Assembly (NCBI GenBank): GCA_046542505.1
Contig: JBKHBH010000024.1
Span: 1 to 26,642, forward strand
Direction of reading: 5' to 3'
Source: Thermovirgaceae bacterium
GTDB taxonomy: Bacteria; Synergistota; Synergistia; Synergistales; Thermovirgaceae
DNA length: 26,642 nucleotides
How positions within the stretch are numbered: position 1 is the first letter of the stretch; each line of letters starts with the position of its first letter. The position numbers were made by a program, and so were the translations under genes. The notes under the pieces were generated by a model. It made no database searches. It worked only from the letters and a program-made list of their open reading frames with translations, and was not told where the DNA came from. Positions 9,250-17,021 of the stretch are shown here, one piece after another.

Positions 9250-9741
9250 ATGACAGGAAACATCTCCTCCAGAGCATGGTCCTTTTTTGCATTTCTCGGA
9301 TTGAGTCTCGGTGTCGGTGCGACCGGTTCGCTGGTAACGGCAGGGTCCGTCAAAACGTGGTACCCGATGCTTGTTAAACCTGCCTGGACGCCTCCTTCTT
9401 TTGTTTTCGCCCCGGTCTGGACGGTGCTTTATGTCTGCATGGCCGTTGCCGCATGGAGAGTCTGGGTAAAGAGAGAAAAGAGCGATGCCAAGGCCAATGG
9501 CCCGTTGTTTTTGTACTTTATTCAGCTTGCGCTCAATTTTCTCTGGTCGATTCTTTTTTTCGGCCTTCGCGCCCCGATTTATGCCGGCGTGGAGATCCTC
9601 CTTCTTTTGAGCGCCGTCAGTCTGACTTTTCTGTCATTCAGAAAAATTGATGCCGTTGCGGGCTGGCTGATGGTTCCATATGTGTTCTGGGTTGCCTATG
9701 CCTCGACACTGAATATAGCCATCGTGTTTTTGAACCGCTGA
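9250..9741 (+). CDS. tspO: TspO/MBR tryptophan-rich sensory protein (TTG at 9247 is an alternative start)
   Basis: WYPMLVKPAWTPPSFVFAPVWTVLY, QLALNFLWSILFFG, LMVPYVFWVAYASTLN. Five hydrophobic segments; GGAGAAGG RBS. Confidence 0.95.
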   Translation: MTGNISSRAWSFFAFLGLSLGVGATGSLVTAGSVKTWYPMLVKPAWTPPSFVFAPVWTVLYVCMAVAAWRVWVKREKSDAKANGPLFLYFIQLALNFLWSILFFGLRAPIYAGVEILLLLSAVSLTFLSFRKIDAVAGWLMVPYVFWVAYASTLNIAIVFLNR

Positions 9742-9804
9742 ACGAGGAAGTACCCGAACACCCAAAATACAGGTACCAGGTGTTTCGGTGTCGGGGTGAT
9801 GCTG

Positions 9805-9810
9805 TATAAT
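9805..9810 (+). promoter_or_regulatory. Putative -10 element upstream of the MOSC/mbh genes
   Basis: Perfect TATAAT 35 nt before the MOSC start. No convincing -35. Confidence 0.4.
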
Positions 9811-9845
9811 GTATATTCGGATTTTCCAAAAAAAAGAGGTGCGAC

Positions 9846-10280
9846 ATGGCGATTCTGTTGTCAGTCTGCAGGAGCGACAGGAAAGAAGATCCCAAGAAAC
9901 CCGAAAAAATAGCGAATATAGATCATGATAGAGGAGTCCGTGGAGATTCCCACTATGGCTTTGGATTTCGCCAGATAAGCCTGTTGCGTCAGGAGGATGT
10001 GGAAGAAGCGGCGCAAAAAGCCGGTTTCCCCTTTCCGTACGGAAGCCTCGCGGAAAACCTTCGCATAGAAGGAGTGCCTGAAGAAAAGCTCCAGCCCGGG
10101 AAACGGCTTAGTATCGGAGAGACAGTTGTTCTTGAGGTGGTGGAAAAAGGGAAGAAGCCGGAAGAGCCCCATTCATATGACTATCGGGGATGGTGCCTTC
10201 TTCCTAAGGTCGGATATTTTTTGCGGGTTCTTTCCGGTGGCCGGATTTCTCCAGGCGATGAGATCGTGCCGGAAGAATGA
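9846..10280 (+). CDS. MOSC-domain protein (short, divergent)
   Basis: GVRGDSHYG, RQISLL, GSLAENL, PGKRLSIGETVVLEV, GYFLRVLSGGRISPGD. RBS GAGGTG. Confidence 0.8.
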   Translation: MAILLSVCRSDRKEDPKKPEKIANIDHDRGVRGDSHYGFGFRQISLLRQEDVEEAAQKAGFPFPYGSLAENLRIEGVPEEKLQPGKRLSIGETVVLEVVEKGKKPEEPHSYDYRGWCLLPKVGYFLRVLSGGRISPGDEIVPEE

Positions 10281-10364
10281 TTCCTGAAGAAGAAAGGGGA
10301 ACATGGGAATGCGCTTGCCTGGTGGGCGAAAATCTTTTGAAAATGAAAGAGGGAGGTGAGGCGC

Positions 10365-10862
10365 GTGGTCATATTTTTTCTTTCAGCCGCGACGTATCTG
10401 CTTCTGGCATGGAGCGGCGGCGGTATAGACCCGGCTGAAATCGTCATTGCCATCGTCCTTGGGGGAATACTCGCCATCGCTGCCCGGTCTTGGAATCCAG
10501 GGAGATCGTGGACGCTGGCGGGCTTGAACCCGGTTCGATGGATTTCGTTTATCGTGTACCTTTTTGGTCCGTTCTTATTAGGTATGATCAAGGCGAATCT
10601 TGATGTTGCAATGCGGGTCATCACCGGAGAAATACGTCCCGGCATCGTTCGTATTGATTCCGGACTCAAAAAGAGCATGTCATCGACGATGCTGGCGAAT
10701 TCGATCACGTTGACGCCAGGGACACTGACGGTTGATGTGGATGATGGCCCCGAAAAAGGAAACCTTTTCTACATTCACTGGATATTTGTAACGGATGAAA
10801 ATCCCGGTGAAGAAGAGGTATACGGTTCCTTTGGGAAATGGGCGAGGAGGGTAGCCGAATGA
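10365..10862 (+). CDS. mbhA: Membrane-bound hydrogenase subunit A (MrpE/MnhE-like)
   Basis: KANLDVA, IRPGIV, MLANSITLTPGTLTVD, FYIHW. Start re-placed at GTG 10365 after GGAGGTG (10352-10358). Confidence 0.88.
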   Translation: MVIFFLSAATYLLLAWSGGGIDPAEIVIAIVLGGILAIAARSWNPGRSWTLAGLNPVRWISFIVYLFGPFLLGMIKANLDVAMRVITGEIRPGIVRIDSGLKKSMSSTMLANSITLTPGTLTVDVDDGPEKGNLFYIHWIFVTDENPGEEEVYGSFGKWARRVAE

Positions 10863-11119
10863 TTCCGACTTTCTTTGCCTGGGGTGCCGCGGTTCTGGCG
10901 CTGTGCGCCCTGGTGATGACGGGACGTCTCATTTCCGGACCGACGATCCCCGACAGGGTTGTTGCCCTTGATTCAATCAATACTCTGGTAGTTGCGATGA
11001 TGGTCCTGCTTGCCGTTGTCTCCGATTCGGTGGTCATGGTGGACGTCGCCATTGTCTATGCTGCGCTGGCCTTCGTCGGCACCCTGTTCATCGCACGTTT
11101 TATCGAAGGCGGGGTGTAG
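10859..11119 (+). CDS. mbhB: Membrane-bound hydrogenase subunit B (MrpF-like)
   Basis: GPTIPDRVVALD, VDVAIVYAALAFVGT. ATGA overlap with mbhA and GGAGG RBS fix the start at 10859. Confidence 0.9.
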   Translation: MIPTFFAWGAAVLALCALVMTGRLISGPTIPDRVVALDSINTLVVAMMVLLAVVSDSVVMVDVAIVYAALAFVGTLFIARFIEGGV

Positions 11120-11122
11120 GCG

Positions 11123-11494
11123 ATGACAGTATTGATCGTCCTCTTTCTGGTCATAGGCGTTTTGTTCAATGTCCTGGGCACCGTTGCTCTCTACCGGTTC
11201 CCGGATGTCTTCACCCGACTTCACGGAACGACGAAATGCACGACTTTCGGTTCGATTTTTACGTCGAGCGCCGTCATTCTGTACGGTGTACAGAAATTGC
11301 TTGTCACTGGAGAAGGTCGTTTTGTGGCACTGATGGTTCATGTAGCCATCGCGATTCTCGCACTGCTTGTCACGAACCCGACCGGAGCCCATGCGATAGC
11401 AAGGGCGGCGCACAGGAGCGGAGTCCTGCCTAAATTTGCGGTGGTTGACAGACTTGCCGAAGACGAAAAGAAAAAAGGTGGTGTCTCGGCATGA
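11123..11494 (+). CDS. mbhC: Membrane-bound hydrogenase subunit C (MrpG-like)
   Basis: RFPDVFTRLHGTTKCTTFG, TNPTGAHAIARAA. Confidence 0.9.
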   Translation: MTVLIVLFLVIGVLFNVLGTVALYRFPDVFTRLHGTTKCTTFGSIFTSSAVILYGVQKLLVTGEGRFVALMVHVAIAILALLVTNPTGAHAIARAAHRSGVLPKFAVVDRLAEDEKKKGGVSA

Positions 11495-11751
11495 ACAGCT
11501 TGGTTCATATCGCGGTACTTACCGCAATTGTCATCGCGGGTTTTTTTGCCATCTGGTTCAGGGATTTGCTTTCATCAGTGATTTCCCTTGCGGTGTTCAG
11601 CCTGCTTTTGTCACTGGAATTCTACATCCTTCAGGCTCCCGATGTTGCAATTGCCGAAGCCGGAATTGGTGCAGGCCTTACGACGGCTATCTACATCATC
11701 GCGCTCAGAGGATGCAACGTGCTCCGCAAGGGCGGAGGTGGGCGCAAATGA
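11491..11751 (+). CDS. mbhD: Membrane-bound hydrogenase subunit D (MrpA C-terminal / DUF4040-like)
   Basis: LQAPDVAIAEAGIGAGLTT, three hydrophobic helices, ATGA overlap with mbhC. Confidence 0.88.
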   Translation: MNSLVHIAVLTAIVIAGFFAIWFRDLLSSVISLAVFSLLLSLEFYILQAPDVAIAEAGIGAGLTTAIYIIALRGCNVLRKGGGGRK

Positions 11752-12020
11752 AAAAGAACGTGCTGTTTCTGATTGCGCTGCTTGTGGTTACAGGGACGAT
11801 GTGGGGAGCCCTTAGCGGCATTCACCCTTTTGGTGACGCCGGGAAAGCTCCCATGGACGATTACTATATCGAAAACGCCCAACAGGAACGAAACGTGAAC
11901 AACATCGTCACATCCGTCGTGTTCGATTACAGGGGCTTTGACACCCTTGGAGAGGCGGCGGTTCTTTTCACCGCTGTCTGTTCCGTGCTCGTTGTTTTCA
12001 GGAAGGGAGGGCAAGACTGA
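11748..12020 (+). CDS. mbhE: Membrane-bound hydrogenase subunit E
   Basis: NIVTSVVFDYRGFDTLGEAAVLF. True start ATG 11748 (ATGA overlap, GGAGGTG RBS) lies within the longer track ORF 11436..12020. Confidence 0.88.
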   Translation: MKKNVLFLIALLVVTGTMWGALSGIHPFGDAGKAPMDDYYIENAQQERNVNNIVTSVVFDYRGFDTLGEAAVLFTAVCSVLVVFRKGGQD

Positions 12021-12514
12021 TGCAACCTCTCTCTCTTGTTGTCAGAACAATTTGCGACATTTTCGCCTGGTTTTTGGCCATATTCGGTGCATACATAATA
12101 ATCCACGGCCATCTCTCGCCGGGTGGCGGCTTCCAGGGTGGTGCAGTAGTTGCGACTTTCATTGCCCTTCTTCTCGTTTCGCACGGAGGAAAGAAACTGC
12201 TTTCCTTTGTGAAACCGGGTCTTTATTCCTGGGTTGAAACGGCAGGACTGCTTCTTTTCATCGGAACGGGATTCGCAGGACTGACAACAGCCTTTCTCTA
12301 CAATTTTCTTGCCGGCAAGGGCGGGCTCTTCGGGGCAGCTGTACAGGCCGGTGCCAATCCGGGGGTCTTGAACAGCTCTGGAACGATTGCTCTCATGAAT
12401 ATGGCGGTGGGCCTCGAGGTTATCGGCGGCCTTTCGCTGATTGTCATGTACATGTTCAAGGGAATCCGTCTCTATGAAGAGGCAGGAAGCGAGGAGACCG
12501 GCCATGACAGGTAA
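12020..12514 (+). CDS. mbhF: Membrane-bound hydrogenase subunit F (MrpB-like)
   Basis: HGHLSPGGGFQGG, SGTIALMNMAVGLEV. TGATG overlap with mbhE. Confidence 0.9.
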   Translation: MQPLSLVVRTICDIFAWFLAIFGAYIIIHGHLSPGGGFQGGAVVATFIALLLVSHGGKKLLSFVKPGLYSWVETAGLLLFIGTGFAGLTTAFLYNFLAGKGGLFGAAVQAGANPGVLNSSGTIALMNMAVGLEVIGGLSLIVMYMFKGIRLYEEAGSEETGHDR

Positions 12515-12851
12515 TACGCCTTTTCTCGTCGTAGGAATTCTTTTCTTCCTGGGCCTCTATGCGATCCTTTTTGAAAGGAACCTCATCAAGATCGCAATCG
12601 GGATCACGATGCTGGAGGCTTCGGCAAACCTGCTTCTCATCGTGTTGGGGTACAGGACCGGTGGCAGCATACCAGTGTTTACCCTTGCAGGAGAAGTGAA
12701 GACAATGACGCTTCCAACGCCCCAGGCATTGACGCTGACCGCCATCGTCATCGGACTGGCGACTTCGGCATTGCTTTTGTCGCTGATCATGATGCTCTAC
12801 AAGCATTATGGAACCCTTGACGTGCGGGAGATCAGGAGGTTGCGAGGATGA
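12504..12851 (+). CDS. mbhG: Membrane-bound hydrogenase subunit G (MrpC/NuoK-like)
   Basis: RNLIKIAIG, PQALTLTAIVIG, YGTLD. Start ATG 12504 after GAGGAG. Confidence 0.9.
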   Translation: MTGNTPFLVVGILFFLGLYAILFERNLIKIAIGITMLEASANLLLIVLGYRTGGSIPVFTLAGEVKTMTLPTPQALTLTAIVIGLATSALLLSLIMMLYKHYGTLDVREIRRLRG

Positions 12852-14413
12852 ACTGGAATATACATCTCCCGATTCTGGTAATCGCGGTCCCGCTGTTGGG
12901 CGCCTTTGCGGCTCCCGTCGCAGGTCTTGGAGGCAAGACGACAAGGAATATCTGGTTCATAGCGATTTCGGTTTTGACCACTGCATTGAGCATCATGCTT
13001 TTGCAGCATGTCCAGGCGGAAGGCCTTGCCGTCTATGTCCTTGGCGGCGAATCCTGGGACCTGACCTTGCCGTCGGGCTTGAGCTGGCCCATCAGAATCA
13101 TTCTTGAAGTAGATGCTTTCAGCGCATTCATGGCGGTTGTCGGATCCATAGCGGCCCTGGCAGGTGCTTTCTTTTCATTGCGCTTCATGGAGCGTTTCTC
13201 GGGGCTGGATAAGTTCGTTTCCCTGTATTTCCTGCTCACGGCGGGAATGATGGGAATGGAGCTGACGGGCGACCTGTTCAACTTTTTCGTGTTCCTGGAG
13301 ATTGCTTCGGTGGCCTCCTTCGGACTTGTCGCCTTCTGGCGGGACAGGCCGGAGGCGATTGAAGCCGGTTTCAAATATATGGTCGTTTCTACTGTGGCGG
13401 CCATGTTGGTGCTTCTTGCCGTCGGTTTTTTCTACGGACGCTACAACGCTGTAAACATGGCGGCAGTGGCGAGAATGATGCATTTCGGCTATCCGGAAAA
13501 AATCGCTCTCGTGTTTTTGGTGGTGGCCCTGGCTATGAAGTGTGGAACAGTGCCCATGCACATGTGGACACCTGACGCCTACACCGAGGCCCCGGCAGGA
13601 GTAACCTGCCTCCTCGTGGCAGTGAGCCAGGCCTCGCTTTACGGTCTTTTTCGGGTTTGTTTCTCTCTTTACGGCGCCAGCCTCGGGAGTACGGTGGTCC
13701 CGTGGACAATAATCGTACTGGGCGTCCTCTCAATGTTCATCGGGGTAACCATGGCTGTCATTCAGAAAGAAATTAAACGCCTGATGGCGTACCATTCGGT
13801 TTCGCAGATCGGCTACATTCTGCTTGGACTCGGGGTTGGCCTGCTTGCGCTGCGTGATCCACAGGCTATGGCGGATTATGGTTTCACGGCCATGAAGGGC
13901 GGAATTTACCATCTTTTCAACTACACGATGTACAAGGGACTGCTCTTTTTGACTGCGGGGGCACTGTATTACGCCGCAGGAACCAGAAACCTCAACGAAC
14001 TTGGCGGGCTCGCAAGAAACATGCCGCATACGGCATTCATGTTCGTCATAGCGGCGGCGGCGATTGCCGGACTGCCGCCTTTCAACGGGTTTGTATCGAA
14101 ACTCCTCATTTACGAATCCACTTTTGCCGTTTACCCGATTCTCGCGATAGCCGCTCTGGTTACGTCGGTGCTGACTCTTGCTTCTTTCGTTAAAGTTTTC
14201 CAGACGGCCTTTTTGGGACCTGAGAAATCGGTCTTTGCGAACGTGAAGGAAGTTCCGGCAACGATGCTTGTCGGCATGTCGATATTGACCGTCGTGGTCA
14301 TCGGACTGACGTTGCTCCCGACATGGTCACTGGCGAACCTCATCGAACCTGCCGCGAAAGCCCTGGTCGATCAGGCCGGTTACATTTCGGCCGTCATGGG
14401 AGGTGGGCTGTAA
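12848..14413 (+). CDS. mbhH: Membrane-bound hydrogenase subunit H (MrpD/NuoN antiporter-like)
   Basis: TGDLFNFFVFLE, KCGTVPMHMWTPDAY, KRLMAYHSVSQIGY, KGLLFL, GLPPFNGFVSK. 521 aa polytopic membrane protein. Confidence 0.92.
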   Translation: MNWNIHLPILVIAVPLLGAFAAPVAGLGGKTTRNIWFIAISVLTTALSIMLLQHVQAEGLAVYVLGGESWDLTLPSGLSWPIRIILEVDAFSAFMAVVGSIAALAGAFFSLRFMERFSGLDKFVSLYFLLTAGMMGMELTGDLFNFFVFLEIASVASFGLVAFWRDRPEAIEAGFKYMVVSTVAAMLVLLAVGFFYGRYNAVNMAAVARMMHFGYPEKIALVFLVVALAMKCGTVPMHMWTPDAYTEAPAGVTCLLVAVSQASLYGLFRVCFSLYGASLGSTVVPWTIIVLGVLSMFIGVTMAVIQKEIKRLMAYHSVSQIGYILLGLGVGLLALRDPQAMADYGFTAMKGGIYHLFNYTMYKGLLFLTAGALYYAAGTRNLNELGGLARNMPHTAFMFVIAAAAIAGLPPFNGFVSKLLIYESTFAVYPILAIAALVTSVLTLASFVKVFQTAFLGPEKSVFANVKEVPATMLVGMSILTVVVIGLTLLPTWSLANLIEPAAKALVDQAGYISAVMGGGL

Positions 14414-14751
14414 TGTGGAGCAAGGTATACACCGGGTTCGGCTACTGGGATGTCTACACCTGGCTGATCTTCTTTGCCATTGCTGCGGCGCTTGTTCTCT
14501 GGCTCCGCAGCCTCGGGAGAAAGGATTACAAGGAAGGCACCGAACAGGACGAGATCTTTTACGGCAGTAATGTCGTGCCGGAAGAAGGCTCCGAGATCCA
14601 GGTGCCGGCCAGTTCAGCCTACTGGGGTTTTACGGAGGCCCTGAAGGGCTATTATGAAATTCTTGTCGAGATGCACAGCGGCGATACGAGAGAATACGTC
14701 GGATACATGGTACTGACAGCCTCGGTACTCGCCGTCCTGGTGCTTTTGTAA
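14413..14751 (+). CDS. mbhI: Membrane-bound hydrogenase subunit I
   Basis: FGYWD start, TM helix, loop, YWGF...MHSGDTREYV, second TM helix. Sits between mbhH and mbhJ; TAATG overlap. Confidence 0.8.
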   Translation: MWSKVYTGFGYWDVYTWLIFFAIAAALVLWLRSLGRKDYKEGTEQDEIFYGSNVVPEEGSEIQVPASSAYWGFTEALKGYYEILVEMHSGDTREYVGYMVLTASVLAVLVLL

Positions 14752-14764
14752 AGGGGGGACGGCC

Positions 14765-15226
14765 ATGAAACTTGACCGGTATCTGGATATTCTTACGAAA
14801 TCCATCTGGGTGTTTCATTGCAACAGCGGATCTTGTAACGGGTGCGACATAGAAATCGTTGCGACCATCACTCCCCGGTATGATATTGAGCGGTTCGGGA
14901 TGAAACTTGTAGGAACGCCCAGACATGCCGATGCCCTGCTTGTTACGGGGCCGGTGACAAAATACATGACAGAAAGACTCAAGAGGATCTATGCGCAGAT
15001 TCCCGATCCGAAGGTTGTCATCGCCATAGGAAATTGCGCGAATTCAGGGGATGTCTTTTACAAATCCTATAATCTCGATGGCCCTGTGGACAATGTGATC
15101 CCTGTCGATGTATATGTCCATGGATGCCCGCCCCGACCGGAGGCAATCATCGAGGGTGCGGCCAAAGCGGTCCTCAAGCTTGAAAAAATGAAAGAGGAGC
15201 TTCAAAAGGCAGGTGTGCCGCAATGA
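14765..15226 (+). CDS. mbhJ: [NiFe]-hydrogenase small subunit (NuoB-like)
   Basis: GSCNGCDIE, PRHAD, GNCANSG, PVDVYVHGCPPRPE. Confidence 0.93.
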   Translation: MKLDRYLDILTKSIWVFHCNSGSCNGCDIEIVATITPRYDIERFGMKLVGTPRHADALLVTGPVTKYMTERLKRIYAQIPDPKVVIAIGNCANSGDVFYKSYNLDGPVDNVIPVDVYVHGCPPRPEAIIEGAAKAVLKLEKMKEELQKAGVPQ

Positions 15227-15771
15227 CATGCCGTCCTGAATATGTCAAGGAAAGCAGCGACCCGAAAGAAGTGATCAAATGCATCGAAGAGCGGTTCGGC
15301 GAAGATGCGCAAAACCTCGAATTGAGAGAATACCGGGGTGGTCTCGAGGATGCAGTACAGTACCATCTGCTCTGGCTCAAGATCACCAGAGAGCGCTTTC
15401 TGGAACTTGTCGACGTCTTTCGGGAATTCGATTTTTTGCATTTCCAGATTATGTCCGGTAACGATGATGGAGACGTGGTGACGCTGAACTATCACCTCGC
15501 GCTTTTCAGAGAAGCCGGAAAAGGGAAACGACTTGGAATAAGCATTTCCGTTGAAGTACCCAAGACCGATCCCGTCATGCCGTCACTCTGGGAAAGGATT
15601 CCGGGTGTCGAGTACAGCGAAAGGGAAATGCGCGAGATGTTGGGAATTGATTTCGACGGACTTCCCAACAAGGCTCTGGTCTTTCTCCCCGAGGACTGGA
15701 ACGAGGACATCAAGCCCTGGCGAAGGGATGAAACCGGACCGTCCGAAGCGGACGTCCGGGAATTGTCATAG
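15223..15771 (+). CDS. mbhK: Membrane-bound hydrogenase subunit K (NuoC-like)
   Basis: EREMREMLGIDFDG, FLPEDW, PWR. ATGA overlap with mbhJ. Confidence 0.9.
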   Translation: MTCRPEYVKESSDPKEVIKCIEERFGEDAQNLELREYRGGLEDAVQYHLLWLKITRERFLELVDVFREFDFLHFQIMSGNDDGDVVTLNYHLALFREAGKGKRLGISISVEVPKTDPVMPSLWERIPGVEYSEREMREMLGIDFDGLPNKALVFLPEDWNEDIKPWRRDETGPSEADVRELS

Positions 15772-15782
15772 GAGGTGCCGAT

Positions 15783-17021
15783 ATGGCTGTAGGAGCTGGA
15801 AAGACCTATAAAGTCCCCATCGGCCCTGTGCACGTAGGACTGAAGGAACCCATTACCGCCTGGCTCGATGTTGACGGGGAACGCATCGTCGACGCGACGA
15901 TCAGACCGGGGGCCATTCACAGGGGCATCGAGTTCATGGCGAGAGAACGAAACCCCATACAGGTGATTTACCTTGCCGAGAGAATTTGCGGCATTTGCTC
16001 TTTCGCTCACATCGAGTGCTTTGTCCGGGCCGTGGAAGACGCAACAGGGATAACAGTCCCGAAGCGGGCACAGTATATACGGACCATTATCCTCGAGCTG
16101 GAGCGTATCCATTCACACGTTCTTTGGGCGGGAGTTGCCTGCTACACCTTCGGGTATGATTCCGCCTTTCACCTTGGAATGATCCTCCGGGAAAAAGTGA
16201 TGGATGTTCTTGAAGCCCTTACGGGGAACAGGGTGAACTACGGGACCGGGACGATAGGCGGCGTCAGGCGTGACATTACTCCGAAAGTCGAAAAGGTCCT
16301 GAGGGACATGATCGCTTTCTACAAGAATGAATTCGACCTTTTCTACAACGTGGCCACCGATGATCCCATCACCATGGCACGCATGAGAAACGTGGGCGTG
16401 CTTGCGCCCGAGGATGCGGTGAAATACTGCGCTCTTGGTCCGACTGTCCGGGGAAGCGGCCACCGGGTCGACCTCCGGTGGTCACAGCCGTATGAAGCTT
16501 ACGGGGATCTCAATGTGCAGCCTGTAGTGCCCCAGGATCTGACAGGGGAAGTTTACGGTGATGTATACGACCGGTTTCTCGTTCGTGTGCTTGAGGTCTA
16601 TCAGTCCCTCGAAATTATAGAGACGTGTCTTGACGGTCTCCCGGAAGGGGATCTCATGTGGGAAACCAATCTGCCGAAACTGCTGAATTTCCTGAAAAAG
16701 GCAAATGGCACAGGGATTTCCTCCATAGAAGCCCCGCGTGGGGATGATACTCATGTGATAAAGCTTACAGGCGGGGAAGAAAATGTGACATGGTGGAAAG
16801 TGCGGGCACCGACGTACTCGAATGCCGTATCCTGGCCGATCATGTTCAGGAACAACGAACTGGCTGACGCCCCGCTTATCATTAACAGTGTCGACCCTTG
16901 CATCTCCTGCATGGAGCGAATGCTCGTCACCGAACAGAAAACGGGATCGAAACAGATCGTTACCCGCGCAGAGCTTCTGAATCGATGCAGAGAAAAAACA
17001 AGGAAGGTGATGGGGGCATGA
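15783..17021 (+). CDS. mbhL: Group 4 [NiFe]-hydrogenase catalytic subunit
   Basis: GPVHVGLKEP, HRGIE, L1 motif RICGIC (C69/C72), EAPRG, VRAPTY, L2 motif DPCISCMER (C373/C376). 33 aa extension after R379. Confidence 0.95.
   Translation: MAVGAGKTYKVPIGPVHVGLKEPITAWLDVDGERIVDATIRPGAIHRGIEFMARERNPIQVIYLAERICGICSFAHIECFVRAVEDATGITVPKRAQYIRTIILELERIHSHVLWAGVACYTFGYDSAFHLGMILREKVMDVLEALTGNRVNYGTGTIGGVRRDITPKVEKVLRDMIAFYKNEFDLFYNVATDDPITMARMRNVGVLAPEDAVKYCALGPTVRGSGHRVDLRWSQPYEAYGDLNVQPVVPQDLTGEVYGDVYDRFLVRVLEVYQSLEIIETCLDGLPEGDLMWETNLPKLLNFLKKANGTGISSIEAPRGDDTHVIKLTGGEENVTWWKVRAPTYSNAVSWPIMFRNNELADAPLIINSVDPCISCMERMLVTEQKTGSKQIVTRAELLNRCREKTRKVMGA

Noticed and set aside
9828..9835. A8 tract as a phase-variation site
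   Set aside because: Short, and located downstream of the -10 just before the RBS. It is more simply explained as an A-rich translation enhancer.
9742..9845. Moco/tungsten-cofactor riboswitch upstream of MOSC
   Set aside because: No recognisable conserved elements, and the TATAAT at 9805 would leave a leader of only about 30 nt. An Rfam scan would settle it.
16893..16919. [NiFeSe] hydrogenase or selenocysteine recoding
   Set aside because: The L2 Cys codons are TGC. No in-frame TGA interrupts a conserved domain in any gene examined.
15783..17021. Mbx/Mbs (sulfane reductase) or complex I identity for the operon
   Set aside because: Both CxxC Ni-binding motifs are intact, there is only one MrpD-like subunit, and MbhI is present in Mbh gene order.
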